Origin: Nannocystales bacterium
GTDB lineage: Bacteria; Myxococcota_A; Polyangia; Nannocystales; Nannocystaceae
Direction: 5' to 3'
Assembly: GCA_050633305.1 (NCBI GenBank)
Contig: JBOEGF010000023.1
Coordinates: forward strand, 64,001 to 128,000
DNA length: 64,000 nucleotides
How positions within the stretch are numbered: the stretch's first letter is position 1; the number at the start of each line of letters is the position of its first letter. The notes under the pieces were generated by a model. That model was not told the origin of the DNA and made no database searches. It saw only the letters and a program-made list of their open reading frames with translations. Below are positions 1 to 10,592 of the stretch, in pieces. A program made the position numbers and the translations under genes.

Positions 1-1807
1 CGCTGCTCGAGATCTTGCCCAGCGAGTGCATTCCGAACTCAGCCGCCACGAGCGGATCGCCCTCGATCTTCAGGTCCGTGATGTCGATTTCGGACAAGGC
101 GAGCTTGATGCCCTTGCGCGAGACCGTGAACGTACCGCCTTCGATCACCAAACGGTCCGCCATGTGCCCCTCGATCGCGACGGGCGCCTCGATGTTCACG
201 TCGACCAACTTGAGGCCACACCCGAGCTCCATCTTGATCGCGACACCGGTGTCTAGCTTGGCATCCACATTGTGAACCTCGACTCGCTTGCCGAACGGGC
301 AAACGAAGGTCGACGTCCCATCCCACTGCGTACGTGTATACGGCCGGTCTCGCGACTTTCGTTGTGCGGCGTGCATCGCCTGCGTGGCGGCGATCATCTC
401 CTCCTGTGTCGCCTCGCCCTGCGAGTACAACTCGGAGACGTCGGCCTGATGGTCAGCCGCCGCCTGGAGGTCGACCTTACTGATCGCAAGCGGCGGGTCC
501 GGAGGTGGTTCTGGCAGCGCCAGGCGGGCCGCCGCGACCGCCTCGGGTGACTTCGGGCGCGGCCTTGGTTCGACCTCGGCCGGTGGTGCAACCGCCACGA
601 TCAGCGGCTCGTCATCGGCTTCGTCCTCCCCGTCGTCCTCGTCCTCGGCCTCGTGGACTTCGCCCCCTTCGAAGCGAAGCACGGTCGGGCCCTCCTCGGC
701 GTCCGAACTCCTGAGTGCCCACGCGGCCGCCCCGATCCCCCCGAACACCGCCACGGCCAGCGCGAAGGCCAGCGCAACACCAGCACGGCCTGGTGCCGAG
801 ACAGCGGACTCCAGGGCTCGCACCAGCATGGTGACCGAACCGAACCGTTGCCCCGGCGCGACTGCCATCCCGCGGCGGAGCACCTCGAACACGTTCTTGG
901 GGACGTCGGTTTCCGCTGGAGGCGCTCGCACCATTCCCTGCGTGATCGCGTAGACCAGCTCTCCGGCCGTCTTGCCCGCGAACGGCCGCCGTCCGTAGAG
1001 CGCCTCATAGATGACGACGCTCAACGCAAACACGTCGGATCGTGCATCCACCGCGGCTCCGTGCCACTGCTCGGGAGACATGTACGCGGGCGTGCCCGTG
1101 ACAGCACCAACCGCGGTGAGTTGAGCGTCAACGCCTGGGCTGGGCGTCGCCGGATCGATCGGAACTGCGCCGGGCGTTCGCGCTAGACCAAAGTCGGCGA
1201 CGACGACCCGACCGTCGGCTCCGATCAAGATGTTCTCGGGCTTGAAGTCTCGATGGACGAGGCCCGCCTGATGGGCTGCGTGTAGGCCCCGTGCCGCCTC
1301 CAGACAGACGCCCAGCCGAGTTCGCCACGAGAGCTCCGTTCGGGTCATCCAGCGACGTGCGCTCTCCCCCTCGACGTATTCCATCGCGATGAACAGGCTC
1401 CCGCCCGACTCCCGAACGTCATAGATCCCGACGACGTTGGGGTGCTGGACCTTCGCAAGCGCCTTGGCTTCCCGGGCGAGGCGAGACACATCGGCTGGGT
1501 TGTCGGCGCGGTGAACCTTCAACGCGACCTGGCGATCCAGCGCAAGATGGGTGGCAAGCAGCACGACCCCCATCGCCCCGCTCCCCAACTCTCGCTCCAC
1601 GCGAAACGTGTCCGCGATGATGCTTCCTGGTTGGTACGAGACCCCACGTCCTCGCGGGTCTCCGGTCGTCACCATGCTTGCACCCTCTCCGGGCGCGGTG
1701 TCCTGGGTCCCTCCCGGAATCGTGGACGCGTGGGGCATTCCCGTCCCCCACCCCGCAGGCGGCTGGATCGTCGGCGCCTCGGACGGCGGCACACGGGAAC
1801 CCGGCAT
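1..1807 (-). CDS. Membrane-anchored eukaryotic-like Ser/Thr protein kinase (3' end runs off the window)
   Basis: Translated by hand; missing from the ORF track because it has no stop in the window. Motifs [46 protein letters not shown], then a TM helix ([23 protein letters not shown]) and an acidic/Pro-rich linker. ATG at 1807 is preceded by TACCCT. Confidence 0.93.
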   Translation of the reverse strand, partial: MPGSRVPPSEAPTIQPPAGWGTGMPHASTIPGGTQDTAPGEGASMVTTGDPRGRGVSYQPGSIIADTFRVERELGSGAMGVVLLATHLALDRQVALKVHRADNPADVSRLAREAKALAKVQHPNVVGIYDVRESGGSLFIAMEYVEGESARRWMTRTELSWRTRLGVCLEAARGLHAAHQAGLVHRDFKPENILIGADGRVVVADFGLARTPGAVPIDPATPSPGVDAQLTAVGAVTGTPAYMSPEQWHGAAVDARSDVFALSVVIYEALYGRRPFAGKTAGELVYAITQGMVRAPPAETDVPKNVFEVLRRGMAVAPGQRFGSVTMLVRALESAVSAPGRAGVALAFALAVAVFGGIGAAAWALRSSDAEEGPTVLRFEGGEVHEAEDEDDGEDEADDEPLIVAVAPPAEVEPRPRPKSPEAVAAARLALPEPPPDPPLAISKVDLQAAADHQADVSELYSQGEATQEEMIAATQAMHAAQRKSRDRPYTRTQWDGTSTFVCPFGKRVEVHNVDAKLDTGVAIKMELGCGLKLVDVNIEAPVAIEGHMADRLVIEGGTFTVSRKGIKLALSEIDITDLKIEGDPLVAAEFGMHSLGKISSS

Positions 1808-1862
1808 TCGTCGAGGGTACACCCGCCGCCGCGGCACAACGCCGCCTCACGGAGCGCGCCCG

Positions 1863-3338
1863 TCAGTACGTGAACAAGCAGCGCGTCAGCGGGATCCCCA
1901 CATCGGCCGAGACATAGAGGTAGTACTCCTGCCCAGGGACCAGCGTCGGCGCAGAATCGGCCACAGGGTAGTCTTGAACGGCAAATGAGGGCCCGGCGCC
2001 GTACTCGACATCACCGCTGAACAGGACCTCGTCCTCGTCCCACGGCACATCGAGACGCCAAAGCGTGCCATCGGGGAGATCGAGGTTCGGGGGCACGGTC
2101 GGGCTCGCAGACCCCGACTCCAGAACATAGACGTAGCGGGCACCGCCACCGTCCCAGTGGATCGACCCGTCGCGGTCGACACGTTCGCCCTTCTCGCATG
2201 CCGTCGGCTCGTACTCGAGTTGGGTGCTGAGCGGCCCACCGAACGCGGGCTCATCCGCGAAGTCCTCTTCGACCAACCCCCGATGCTCGAGTTCAGCGAG
2301 GAAGAAGTCCCGCATCCGCAGCGGTTCGGTCGACGGGATCCCATAGGTGCGGTCGAAGCCGTTGTTGTCCTCGGGTGCGAACTCGCCGAACGACGTCGAA
2401 TCGATCCAACCCGCCGAGAAGGCAAGGCCGGTGTCGTCGAACGTGCCAACCCAGTTCCCCGGGGCGTCGATCGTCCAGTTGGACGTTCCCATCGGCGCCA
2501 CATCGGAGTGGCAACACGCGCACGCCGTGGCCTCGACTTGCTCACGAACCCAGTCCACCTCGGCCGCGTACACCGGGTCTTCCATTCGCTCGTCTTGGGT
2601 CTCGTCGTTCCCCGCGACCGCGTAGTACGGACGCTGGGTGTAGACCACGTTGCAGTCGGCATAGTCTGCGAACCGTCGCCCCTCCTCTGTCGCACCGGAG
2701 ATCAGCTGCCACGTGCAGATCTGACCGTCCGGTCCGTCGCCGGGCGCCTCCCCGGCGATCGCATCGCGACACTCCAGCGTTGGCTGGATGAACGGCGAAC
2801 CTGGGCCGGCCCCGCCTCCCGTGTCGCCTGGGTCGTCTCCCGCGCAAACGTCTCCAGGCTCGAACGCTCCACCGCCAAAGGTCTCGCACCCGGTCCTGGT
2901 GATCGCGCACGACCCCGCGTCCGCTCCGTAGGACACGATCTGAACCTCGCGCTCGGTGCCGCCGTCGACCGTGCAACGTCCCAGAATGCCCGAGCTGTCG
3001 CAGGTCACGTCCAGCGCGGCGTCTCCTCCTCGGTCCACGCAGTCGGCCTCCACATCTTCGCCCGTCCAGTCAGACCCGATGTACTCCCGACACTCGGGGC
3101 CCATGGAAAAGGGGTTCGTGTAGTCGCAGCGACCGACGGACGAACTCGGAGGCTCCCCGGTCTCGTCCGTACCAAGCGTTTCGACTCCGGTTTCATCACC
3201 GCCGGAGCTCCCCATCTCGTCCTGGGGAGTCTCGGGTTCGTCGGTCTCTGCGAAGCTCCCCGATGACGTCGCCTCACCACCGCATGCGGAGAGCAATCCG
3301 AAGACGAGGGCGGTGCAGAACCTTGCGTCACGTCGCAT
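1863..3338 (-). CDS. Cys-rich lipoprotein with one CxxCH motif (possible c-type cytochrome)
   Basis: Lipobox LLSAC, acidic Ser/Thr/Gly linker, CACCH at 2508-2522. Confidence 0.8.
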   Translation of the reverse strand: MRRDARFCTALVFGLLSACGGEATSSGSFAETDEPETPQDEMGSSGGDETGVETLGTDETGEPPSSSVGRCDYTNPFSMGPECREYIGSDWTGEDVEADCVDRGGDAALDVTCDSSGILGRCTVDGGTEREVQIVSYGADAGSCAITRTGCETFGGGAFEPGDVCAGDDPGDTGGGAGPGSPFIQPTLECRDAIAGEAPGDGPDGQICTWQLISGATEEGRRFADYADCNVVYTQRPYYAVAGNDETQDERMEDPVYAAEVDWVREQVEATACACCHSDVAPMGTSNWTIDAPGNWVGTFDDTGLAFSAGWIDSTSFGEFAPEDNNGFDRTYGIPSTEPLRMRDFFLAELEHRGLVEEDFADEPAFGGPLSTQLEYEPTACEKGERVDRDGSIHWDGGGARYVYVLESGSASPTVPPNLDLPDGTLWRLDVPWDEDEVLFSGDVEYGAGPSFAVQDYPVADSAPTLVPGQEYYLYVSADVGIPLTRCLFTY

Positions 3339-3482
3339 GTCCGGCAGCGTGAGGGCGCCCGGGCGTGCTGCAAGGGATCGCCTCAGCGGCGCCGATTTCG
3401 AGGTGCTAGCAGCCTACCGCCACGTTCTCAGCACGACACGAACCCCATGGAAGTCCGACCACCGACCCGGCGGCGGGGCGCA

Positions 3483-4766
3483 CTACGGCGTGTCGTAGAC
3501 ACCGTTGCTGATCGCCAGCTGGTACGGGGCACACGTGGGATCACCCCCGGTCATCTCGGTCCGATACACGGCGACGAAGAACTCCGAAGTGTCGTTCTCG
3601 CACACGCTTCGGTTGGCGACCCGCGTGGCCCCAGCTGCCGTACAGGGGCACTGACCCGTCAGCTGTCCGCCGATCGTTTGGCGCATGTCGGTCGCCCAGT
3701 TGTAGTCGTTGCACTCGACCGCCTGGTTCGCCGCATCGCACGACCCGCGACCGACGGAGAACGCATACTGGTTGCCCGGGTTCGACAGGAAGTTCACTCG
3801 CACGTGGTAGTTGTCGCAGCTGGTGTCGCTCAGATCGACGCCGCGAAACCGGTACCAAATCACCCGTCCAACGGGGACGGCGTTGCCGGTCACCGTGACC
3901 GAAGACGCAGCGTCCGAGAGGTCACCGACATCGATCGGGTTGGCACAGTCGACGCCTTCGTCGCCTGGGGGGATCGACTCGCACTCACAACCCGTGGCCG
4001 GGTCGCTATCGAGATCGACCAGGTCCACTTCGCAGCTGGTGATCACGCAACCGTCCACACCCGGAGCCGGCGGCTCGCAGGCCCACCCGGTCACATCCGG
4101 ATCGACGGGGCACATCTGGTCGGCTGGAAAGGGATCGATCTCCCCGGCACAGTTCTCTGCCACACCGTTGCAGAGCTCAACCGCATCGCCTTCGCCCACC
4201 GCGTCGTTGCCGTCGTCGCAGTCGGGACCCGGAGCGCACTCCCCGTACTGGTCGCATCCCAGCCAGACCCCGTCGTCATCCGCGTCGCTACAGGTCTGAC
4301 AGCCGAGCTCGGTCCATACGCATCCGTTCGAGTCGTCACAGTCGGGCCCTTCGACTCCGTCCGGGTATGCATCACAGCTCCCGAACCATCCGTCACCATC
4401 GGTGTCGACGCATGTCTCGCAGCCGGCCTCGGTCCATGCGCCCGCGTTTTCGTCGTTGCAGTCGGGACCCGCGGGACAGTTGGCGCCGAATCCATCGCCA
4501 TCGGCGTCGACGCAGACATCGCTCCCCCCGGTCTCGTCCAAGCCGCCGCTGGTAGTTCCGCTGTCCCCGCTACCGCCGGCGCCGGTCGTCAGTCCCGTGA
4601 CCCCCGTCGTCACTGGCCCCGATGTCGGATTGGAGCCGCCGAACGCGGAGTCAGCCAGCCCGCCAGACTCCACCTCGCCGCCGGAGCAGCCAAGAAGGGC
4701 AAGCGTGAGAACACCGAGGCTACCCCGCCGTACACGCGCCCCACGTTGTCCCCAACCCACACCCAC
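3483..4766 (-). CDS. Lipoprotein with repeated putative metal-binding motifs (DxDGDG...DCxD)
   Basis: Lipobox LLGC; three repeats such as CVDADGDGFG...GPDCND, then VELCNGVAENC; Cys-rich C-terminal domain. Start uncertain. Confidence 0.82.
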   Translation of the reverse strand: MGVGWGQRGARVRRGSLGVLTLALLGCSGGEVESGGLADSAFGGSNPTSGPVTTGVTGLTTGAGGSGDSGTTSGGLDETGGSDVCVDADGDGFGANCPAGPDCNDENAGAWTEAGCETCVDTDGDGWFGSCDAYPDGVEGPDCDDSNGCVWTELGCQTCSDADDDGVWLGCDQYGECAPGPDCDDGNDAVGEGDAVELCNGVAENCAGEIDPFPADQMCPVDPDVTGWACEPPAPGVDGCVITSCEVDLVDLDSDPATGCECESIPPGDEGVDCANPIDVGDLSDAASSVTVTGNAVPVGRVIWYRFRGVDLSDTSCDNYHVRVNFLSNPGNQYAFSVGRGSCDAANQAVECNDYNWATDMRQTIGGQLTGQCPCTAAGATRVANRSVCENDTSEFFVAVYRTEMTGGDPTCAPYQLAISNGVYDTP

Positions 4767-4831
4767 GGCTCCCAGCGTACCGTGGTTCGAGTCTCCGGCG
4801 AAAAGGTGCGGGTTCGCGCTATCCTCAGGAT

Positions 4832-6250
4832 GTGTCGGGCCGCCGCAGCCGCAGCAACGTGACGTACGGAGTCGTCACGCTCCTGCTGTTTGCCGTGGCG
4901 TTCCTGGTGCTCGTACTCGGGCCAAGGACCAAACAACTCACCGCCGAACGTGTGTCGGTGTACGCCGACTTCCGGACCATCGCCGGCCTCCGAGAAGGAA
5001 GTCCCGTGCAACTGGCCGGCGTGGATGTAGGTGGGGTCGAAGCCGTGAACTTCGTGGAGGTTCGCTACCAGTGCGATCCGCTGAGCGAAGATTTGGGTCG
5101 CTACGGTCACGGCCGAACCGACAGCTGCGACCAAGACCTCTTCTGCTCTCCTCAGGGCTACTGCGCGGACCTGGAAGACTACGCGGGAAAGGGCAATCAC
5201 GACCGGTGCGACAGCACATCCGACTGCGGCCAGGACGAGATCTGCTTCACCGGAGCGGTGCGCAATCGGGAGACCCACCTCATGTGGTCGGGGCCCCGGG
5301 GCGTGTGCGCCCGCTACAACGTCGACCACATTCGCAGCCGCGTGAAGATGCGGGTTCCCGCCGACATCGTTCAGCTCATCCGCGGGGACAGTCGGGCGGT
5401 CATCGCTGCCAACAGCGTCTTGGGCGACCAGAAGGTCAACATCAGCGCGGGCCGGGGCGATGAGCTGTGCCCGCTGACCCGCGAAGACCTGCCCGAGTAC
5501 ACCTACGACGCGTGCCTCACAAACATGCGGGTGCAAGCGCGTCCGTCCTTGAACGAGGACATTGACCGGTTCCGCAGGCGCGTGGACAGCTTCATGCAGC
5601 ATGCCGACCACAGCATCGTCGCGGTGATGGGGCTCATCGACGAACTCCAGAGCGAGGAGACGATGGGCGGGATCAGGGGCACGGCAAACAACCTCGCGGT
5701 CATCAGTCACACGCTCGCGTACGGTGAAGGTCTGGTCCCGGCGCTGCTGCACTCTCAGGAGTACCGCAAGGACATCGGCGGCACGCTCGGCGCCTTCCAC
5801 CGGACGTCCTTTGGCCTGCAGCGCGCGGCTGGTCAGGCCAACGATGTCCTGGATACCCTCGACCGCAACGTCGAGCCTTTCCTCGGCGACACGGAGAAGA
5901 CCCTGGAGAGCGTCAACGGCCTCTTCACGGACCTCGACAGCCCGAAGAACAAGAGCGTCGTCGCCAAGCTCCTCCGCGATGACACAGGCGACATCACCCG
6001 AGACCTGGACCTGATCTTCGCGCACGGGGCCGACCTCAGCGGAGACCTCGCCAGCATCAGCGAAGCCATCGAGGACGGAAAAGGCACACTCGGCAAGCTG
6101 ACCAAGGATGATGCCGTCGCGGTCCAGCTCAGACACCTGCTCGGCTACCTGAGCGACCATCGCGTCATGAAGGCTGTGGTCCTGTGGTACGTCGAGAGTC
6201 AGAAAGAGTGGGCGAACATCCGCCCCGCGCGGTCTTCGGCCCGGCCCTAG
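4832..6250 (+). CDS. MCE/MlaD-family protein with Cys-rich insertions
   Basis: N-terminal TM, then FRTIAGLREGSPVQLAGVDVGGV and DSRAVIAANSVLGDQKVNISAG, followed by a helical region with GKGTLGKL. Confidence 0.88.
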   Translation: MSGRRSRSNVTYGVVTLLLFAVAFLVLVLGPRTKQLTAERVSVYADFRTIAGLREGSPVQLAGVDVGGVEAVNFVEVRYQCDPLSEDLGRYGHGRTDSCDQDLFCSPQGYCADLEDYAGKGNHDRCDSTSDCGQDEICFTGAVRNRETHLMWSGPRGVCARYNVDHIRSRVKMRVPADIVQLIRGDSRAVIAANSVLGDQKVNISAGRGDELCPLTREDLPEYTYDACLTNMRVQARPSLNEDIDRFRRRVDSFMQHADHSIVAVMGLIDELQSEETMGGIRGTANNLAVISHTLAYGEGLVPALLHSQEYRKDIGGTLGAFHRTSFGLQRAAGQANDVLDTLDRNVEPFLGDTEKTLESVNGLFTDLDSPKNKSVVAKLLRDDTGDITRDLDLIFAHGADLSGDLASISEAIEDGKGTLGKLTKDDAVAVQLRHLLGYLSDHRVMKAVVLWYVESQKEWANIRPARSSARP

Positions 6251-6258
6251 GGACGCCC

Positions 6259-6588
6259 CTAGAGTTCGAGGGCCATCGCTTGGCGGACCTCGTCGAGGAT
6301 GTCCTGCTCGGCTCGGCCGATCTCTCCGTCGGCAGCCGCGGCCGCTTCAAGCTCGGCGAGGAGTTCGGGACGCCGCTCAGGGGAAAGCTGACGCAGCCGC
6401 CCCTCCACCGACTCCCCGATGTTGACCGAGTTGAACACGGCCTGCCGATCTTCCGCCGTAAACTCGAACCGTTTCATCAGCCGGTCGAGAAAGCGCTGTT
6501 CTGAATCGGTTACCTGTGCATCCGAGATCAGAAGCACGGCCACGATCTCGCAGAACAGGCGGTTGTCGTCCAACGCGTCGGAGGCCAT
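6259..6588 (-). CDS. TerB-like (tellurite resistance family) protein
   Basis: Two TerB-like half motifs, ISDAQVTDSEQRFL and AAADGEIGRAEQDIL. Start moved to ATG 6588. Confidence 0.75.
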   Translation of the reverse strand: MASDALDDNRLFCEIVAVLLISDAQVTDSEQRFLDRLMKRFEFTAEDRQAVFNSVNIGESVEGRLRQLSPERRPELLAELEAAAAADGEIGRAEQDILDEVRQAMALEL

Positions 6589-6761
6589 GAGGGCCCAGAG
6601 TAGGCTACCTGTGGGTCTGATTCCACGCCCCGGCTGGCGATTTCGTTGGGGTTTCGGGCTGAGAGGTGACGCTGGGCAAAGGTTGCGGTTGATCACGCCT
6701 GGGAAATGGCCACAATTGGGGGTGGGCGCCCGACAGGGCCGACCCACCCAGAAGGCAAAGC

Positions 6762-7118
6762 ATGCAGGAAACGGAAACGACGGCAAAAGTCCCCCTTCAG
6801 GTCACCTACCGCGGCATGGACCGCTCCGAAGCGCTCGAAGAGAAGATCACCGAGCGGGTCGAGAAACTCACCAAGACCGGCGAGCGAATTCTCGACGCCC
6901 ACATCAGCGTCGAAGCCAGCTCGCCTCACAACCGGGGGCATGTCTTCAACGTGCACGCTGTCGTCCGCACACCCCACGGTGAAGTTGTCGTGTCCAACGA
7001 CCACGACCCGAAGGGAAGCCACGAGGATGCCTACCTCGCGGTCCGCGACGCCATGGACTCGCTGCACCGTCGTGTCCAAGAGCTCCGCGAGAGGGCGATC
7101 GAGCGCCGCCAGAGCTAG
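6762..7118 (+). CDS. HPF/RaiA-family ribosome-associated protein
   Basis: LQVTYRGMDRSEALEEKITERVEKL...HEDAYLAVRDAMDSLHRRV; SD-like AGAAGG upstream. Confidence 0.88.
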   Translation: MQETETTAKVPLQVTYRGMDRSEALEEKITERVEKLTKTGERILDAHISVEASSPHNRGHVFNVHAVVRTPHGEVVVSNDHDPKGSHEDAYLAVRDAMDSLHRRVQELRERAIERRQS

Positions 7119-7198
7119 CGCGGGACTCGGCGTTGGAAGCGAGCAGCCGGCGCGCTCCTTCGGGAGCCGTCGGCTGTCCTCGTTTCATCGCAAGCGTC

Positions 7199-7528
7199 TC
7201 AAGTCGCCGGGGCACCCGAGAACTGCAGACCCTCAGGAAGGACAACGAAGAACGTCGTGTCTTCCTCGGCATGACCGTCGTGCTCCACCCCGGGCGGCGT
7301 CCACAGGTAGTCTCCGGCGCGAAGCACGTGCTCTCCGACGCGCAGGCAACCGGACACGAGGTACGTCTCCTCGCCGCCAGCATGGGTATGCAACGGCGCG
7401 TGCGACCCGGCCGCCATTCGAACAAACATCGTCGAGCTGCCCCCGTCTCCCGCGCGCAGGAGCGAGAACTCCAGGCCGGGGCCTTGCTGGGTCCACTGAA
7501 TCGACGCGTGGGGTTGGTGAATGATCAT
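7199..7528 (-). CDS. Cupin-domain protein (ChrR-like cupin)
   Basis: GSHAPLHTHAGGEETYLVSG...AGDYLWTPPGVEH; divergent from the LysR gene. Confidence 0.85.
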   Translation of the reverse strand: MIIHQPHASIQWTQQGPGLEFSLLRAGDGGSSTMFVRMAAGSHAPLHTHAGGEETYLVSGCLRVGEHVLRAGDYLWTPPGVEHDGHAEEDTTFFVVLPEGLQFSGAPAT

Positions 7529-7555
7529 GTTTCGAACCATGGCGCCTCGAGGCCC

Positions 7556-7602
7556 ATGCGAGAAACGCATTGTTTTCATGGCTTGATGCGCCATTCTCAT
7601 CA
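7556..7602. promoter_or_regulatory. Two LysR-type T-N11-A inverted repeats between the divergent cupin and LysR genes
   Basis: ATGCG-AGAAA-CGCAT (7556-7570) and TGATG-N9-CATCA (7584-7602). Confidence 0.7.
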
Positions 7603-7603
7603 A

Positions 7604-8527
7604 GTGAGCACGACGACTCAGTTGGGGCTCCTCGAAGTGAGGCACCTGCATCTCGTCCGCGCCATCGCCGAGGAGGGCGGCCCCACGCGAGCGGGCACGG
7701 TGTTGCACCTCAGCCAGTCTGCCGTGAGTCACCAGCTCGCCGATCTAGAGCGGCGTCTCGGCGTGGACTTGTTTGTCCGCGAGCGGCGACGCCTCCACCT
7801 CACCGAGGCCGGCAAACGCATCGTCGAACTCGGGCAAAGGGTTCTACCGGACTTCGCCCAAACCGAGCGAGATGTCCGCAGCGCGGGTCGCAAGCGTCGC
7901 CGCATTCGACTCACGACCGAGTGCTTCAGCGGCTACCACTGGCTTCCGCTGGTCCTGCCCCAGATCCGACGGGAGTTCCCCCATGTCGACCTCAGCATCG
8001 ATGTGGAGGCGATGCGCCGCCCGGTCACCGCGCTGCTTCGCGGCCGTCTCGATCTCGCCGTCATCAGCACGCGGGTGGATGAACCCTCCCTGCGTATCGA
8101 CCCCTTGTTTGACGACGAGTGGGTCGTCATCACCGCCCCCTCGCACCCATTGAGCGATCGACAGTACGTCCGGGTACGGGACCTCTCTGCGCACACCGTG
8201 CTCGCCCATCACGCGTCCAAGCAGGACGGAAAGCGCTTCGCAGGGCTGCTCCAGGCAGAAGGTGCAACCCCTCCGGAGTTCACGGTTGTCCCGCTCACCG
8301 AGGCCCTGGTGTCATTGGTTCGCGCGGGCCTTGGTGTCGGGCTCGTCTCGCGCTGGGCCATCGCCCCCTACGAGCGCTCCGGGCAGATCGCGGTTCGGCG
8401 GTTCACCAAGAAGGGGCTCCGCGAGCGTTGGTCCGCTGCCTACCGAACCGACGCGAAGGACCCCGGCCCGCTCGTGCGCCTCGCAGAGCTCCTGCGCAGC
8501 GAAGTCAGCGTGTCGACGCCGATGTGA
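7604..8527 (+). CDS. LysR-family transcriptional regulator (MetR-like)
   Basis: HTH LEVRHLHLVRAIAEEGGPTRAGTVLHLSQSAVSHQLADLE; effector domain IRLTTECFSGYHWLP. GTG 7604 (alternative ATG 7586). Confidence 0.93.
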   Translation: MSTTTQLGLLEVRHLHLVRAIAEEGGPTRAGTVLHLSQSAVSHQLADLERRLGVDLFVRERRRLHLTEAGKRIVELGQRVLPDFAQTERDVRSAGRKRRRIRLTTECFSGYHWLPLVLPQIRREFPHVDLSIDVEAMRRPVTALLRGRLDLAVISTRVDEPSLRIDPLFDDEWVVITAPSHPLSDRQYVRVRDLSAHTVLAHHASKQDGKRFAGLLQAEGATPPEFTVVPLTEALVSLVRAGLGVGLVSRWAIAPYERSGQIAVRRFTKKGLRERWSAAYRTDAKDPGPLVRLAELLRSEVSVSTPM

Positions 8528-8665
8528 AGCAGCCCACCGACGGGGGCACGTCGGCCTCTCGAGTTGGATCGGCCGCGATCGCGGACAGCTGGGCTCACGG
8601 CGAACACCTGTCCCCGCACCTGGGGACCCCTTGACGCTCTCCCCACCGCCTCTGACGATGGGCCG

Positions 8666-10318
8666 ATGAAACGTGGCTCTGTCTTATTCCTAGCGGGTGT
8701 TCTGGTTGGCTGCTTCTCCCCCGGCGTTCCCGAGGAATCCGACACCGGGGCAGCGGACACGGACGAGACGGGGCCCTCGACCGGGCCCAGCTCCGGAACC
8801 GACGGCGACCCGACGGGGGACCCAACCGGTGACCCCACGGGCAACCCCACCGGGGACCCAACCGGAAGCACGACCACGGACACAGACACCGACGGCACGG
8901 GCCCCGAAGGTGATGACCCACCCACGTTCGAGTCCTTCGAGGTCAACAGCTCGACCACGCCCGAGGACGTCACAGAGAGCAGCCTCGTTGCGCTCAGCGC
9001 CTCCATCACCGACGACCTGGGGGTCGAGAGTGTGGAATTCTTCGATGGAGAGACCTCGCTCGGCGTCGTGACCGAAGAACCGTGGGAGCTCGGTGCGTTG
9101 GTGACCAGTTCGGACAACGGCGGGCACGTGTACTCGGCCGTCGCGACGGACACGGGAGGGCAGACGGCGGAGAGTGACGAGGTTCAGTTGGTGAGTTCGG
9201 TCGACGGCGGGACGGTCCACGACGTGAACGAAGGGCTGTTCGAAGGCGAGGAGGGCTTTGGCTTGTTCGGAGGCATCACATCCGTCTCCGCAGACCGGCT
9301 CGTGCTTGCCGGCGCCGACGCGTCCAGCACGACCGACGACCCGCTGACCTCGCTTGTCACCCTCGACCGGGATGTCAATGAGATCAACAGCGCGTCGCTC
9401 ACAGGTGGTTTTCCCTCGACACCCTGTCGCTATGAAAACGATGTTGCGTTGATTCCGACGACGCTCGTCTTGAACACCAAGACAACGAAAAACGGCCTCG
9501 AGCTCATCACTGCATTGCGTTACGACGTCTTCGACCCGACCCTCGGCAACGTGTTGCCCGCTCAAGCCCTGCAGTTCCCAGGTGGGAACAGCATCAATGG
9601 AGCGGCGGCCGTCGAGTCGATTGGGAACGGCCTGGTCCTCGCCACGGGCCCTTCCTCGATCACCTCCTACGAATACGACCTCGACATCGCCCTGTGGGAA
9701 GACGACCTGGGCGCCACCGCGGATGACGAGGCGTTCATCCGAGCAAGCCAGTCTCTGCAGGACGGCTCGATCCTCCTCTCGGTCGTCGCCCCCGAAGGAT
9801 GCCAGGGTGCTGCAACAGAATGCCTCCGCAAGCTCAATCCGGACGGAAGCCTCGCGTGGAGCATCGGTCTGCCCTTCGCAGCAACCGAGGGAGCACTCGC
9901 CGTAGATACGCAGGGCGGTCAGTTCGTCGGCGGCAGAGTCACGGATGGCCTTCTCGTCCTGCATCTCGATGAGAACGGGGACCAATCGGCCTCCTCACTG
10001 TTCACCTTCCCGAATGAGCCGAACCCGCTCGCGGCGCATCTCGTATCTGACCAACAAGGCGGCGTAGTCGTTGCCGTTTCGACCGGTGAGCTCGACAACC
10101 TCGCGAACATCGAGAACGAAGTGGGTGTCGTATTTCGAGTCGACGCGGCGCTGAGTGAGCTCTGGCGCGTAAACGGTTTCGGGCCAGGCTCGCGTCCGGT
10201 CGCTGCACTCAGCCGAGGGACCGGCGAACTCTACGTCGTCGGGATCGAGCCTGGCGCTGACCTCCCCTCCGCGTTCGGAACGACGGGCGAGGTTTGGGTC
10301 GCACGCGCCTCCCTCTGA
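8666..10318 (+). CDS. Lipoprotein with Ig-like domain and probable beta-propeller
   Basis: Lipobox LVGC; TGDP linker; Ig-like ASITDDLGVESVEFFDG...YSAVATDTGGQ; propeller-like repeats (KLNPDGSLAWS). Confidence 0.8.
   Translation: MKRGSVLFLAGVLVGCFSPGVPEESDTGAADTDETGPSTGPSSGTDGDPTGDPTGDPTGNPTGDPTGSTTTDTDTDGTGPEGDDPPTFESFEVNSSTTPEDVTESSLVALSASITDDLGVESVEFFDGETSLGVVTEEPWELGALVTSSDNGGHVYSAVATDTGGQTAESDEVQLVSSVDGGTVHDVNEGLFEGEEGFGLFGGITSVSADRLVLAGADASSTTDDPLTSLVTLDRDVNEINSASLTGGFPSTPCRYENDVALIPTTLVLNTKTTKNGLELITALRYDVFDPTLGNVLPAQALQFPGGNSINGAAAVESIGNGLVLATGPSSITSYEYDLDIALWEDDLGATADDEAFIRASQSLQDGSILLSVVAPEGCQGAATECLRKLNPDGSLAWSIGLPFAATEGALAVDTQGGQFVGGRVTDGLLVLHLDENGDQSASSLFTFPNEPNPLAAHLVSDQQGGVVVAVSTGELDNLANIENEVGVVFRVDAALSELWRVNGFGPGSRPVAALSRGTGELYVVGIEPGADLPSAFGTTGEVWVARASL
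8801..8866 (+). repeat. Degenerate 12-bp coding tandem repeat (TGDP-like x5 linker)
   Basis: Encodes DGDPTGDPTGDPTGNPTGDPTG with synonymous variation. Confidence 0.75.
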
Positions 10319-10592
10319 AGCGACCTCGTCGCCTCGGCGCCACGTGCGTCCACTGCGCATTCAACCCAGCGGTACGTATTCGCGCCCCCAATGGAAAACG
10401 CGGGCGCGTATCGGATCGCTGGTTTGAGGCGTGGTCGCTCTCGTTTTCGCCTGGGGACGGCGTCCACCACCTCGCTGACACATGGTGCCGTATTTCAAAC
10501 CATGGTAACCGGTGCTCAAAGGTGAGTCGATGTAGGCGATCCCGTGGGGGGACGGCATGAGAGACTCGACCCGCCTAAGAGGGAGTGGAAAC

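Noticed and set aside
6673..6686. Sigma54 promoter before the HPF gene (TGGGCAAAGGTTGC)
   Set aside because: GG-to-GC spacing is one base short of the strict -24/-12 requirement.
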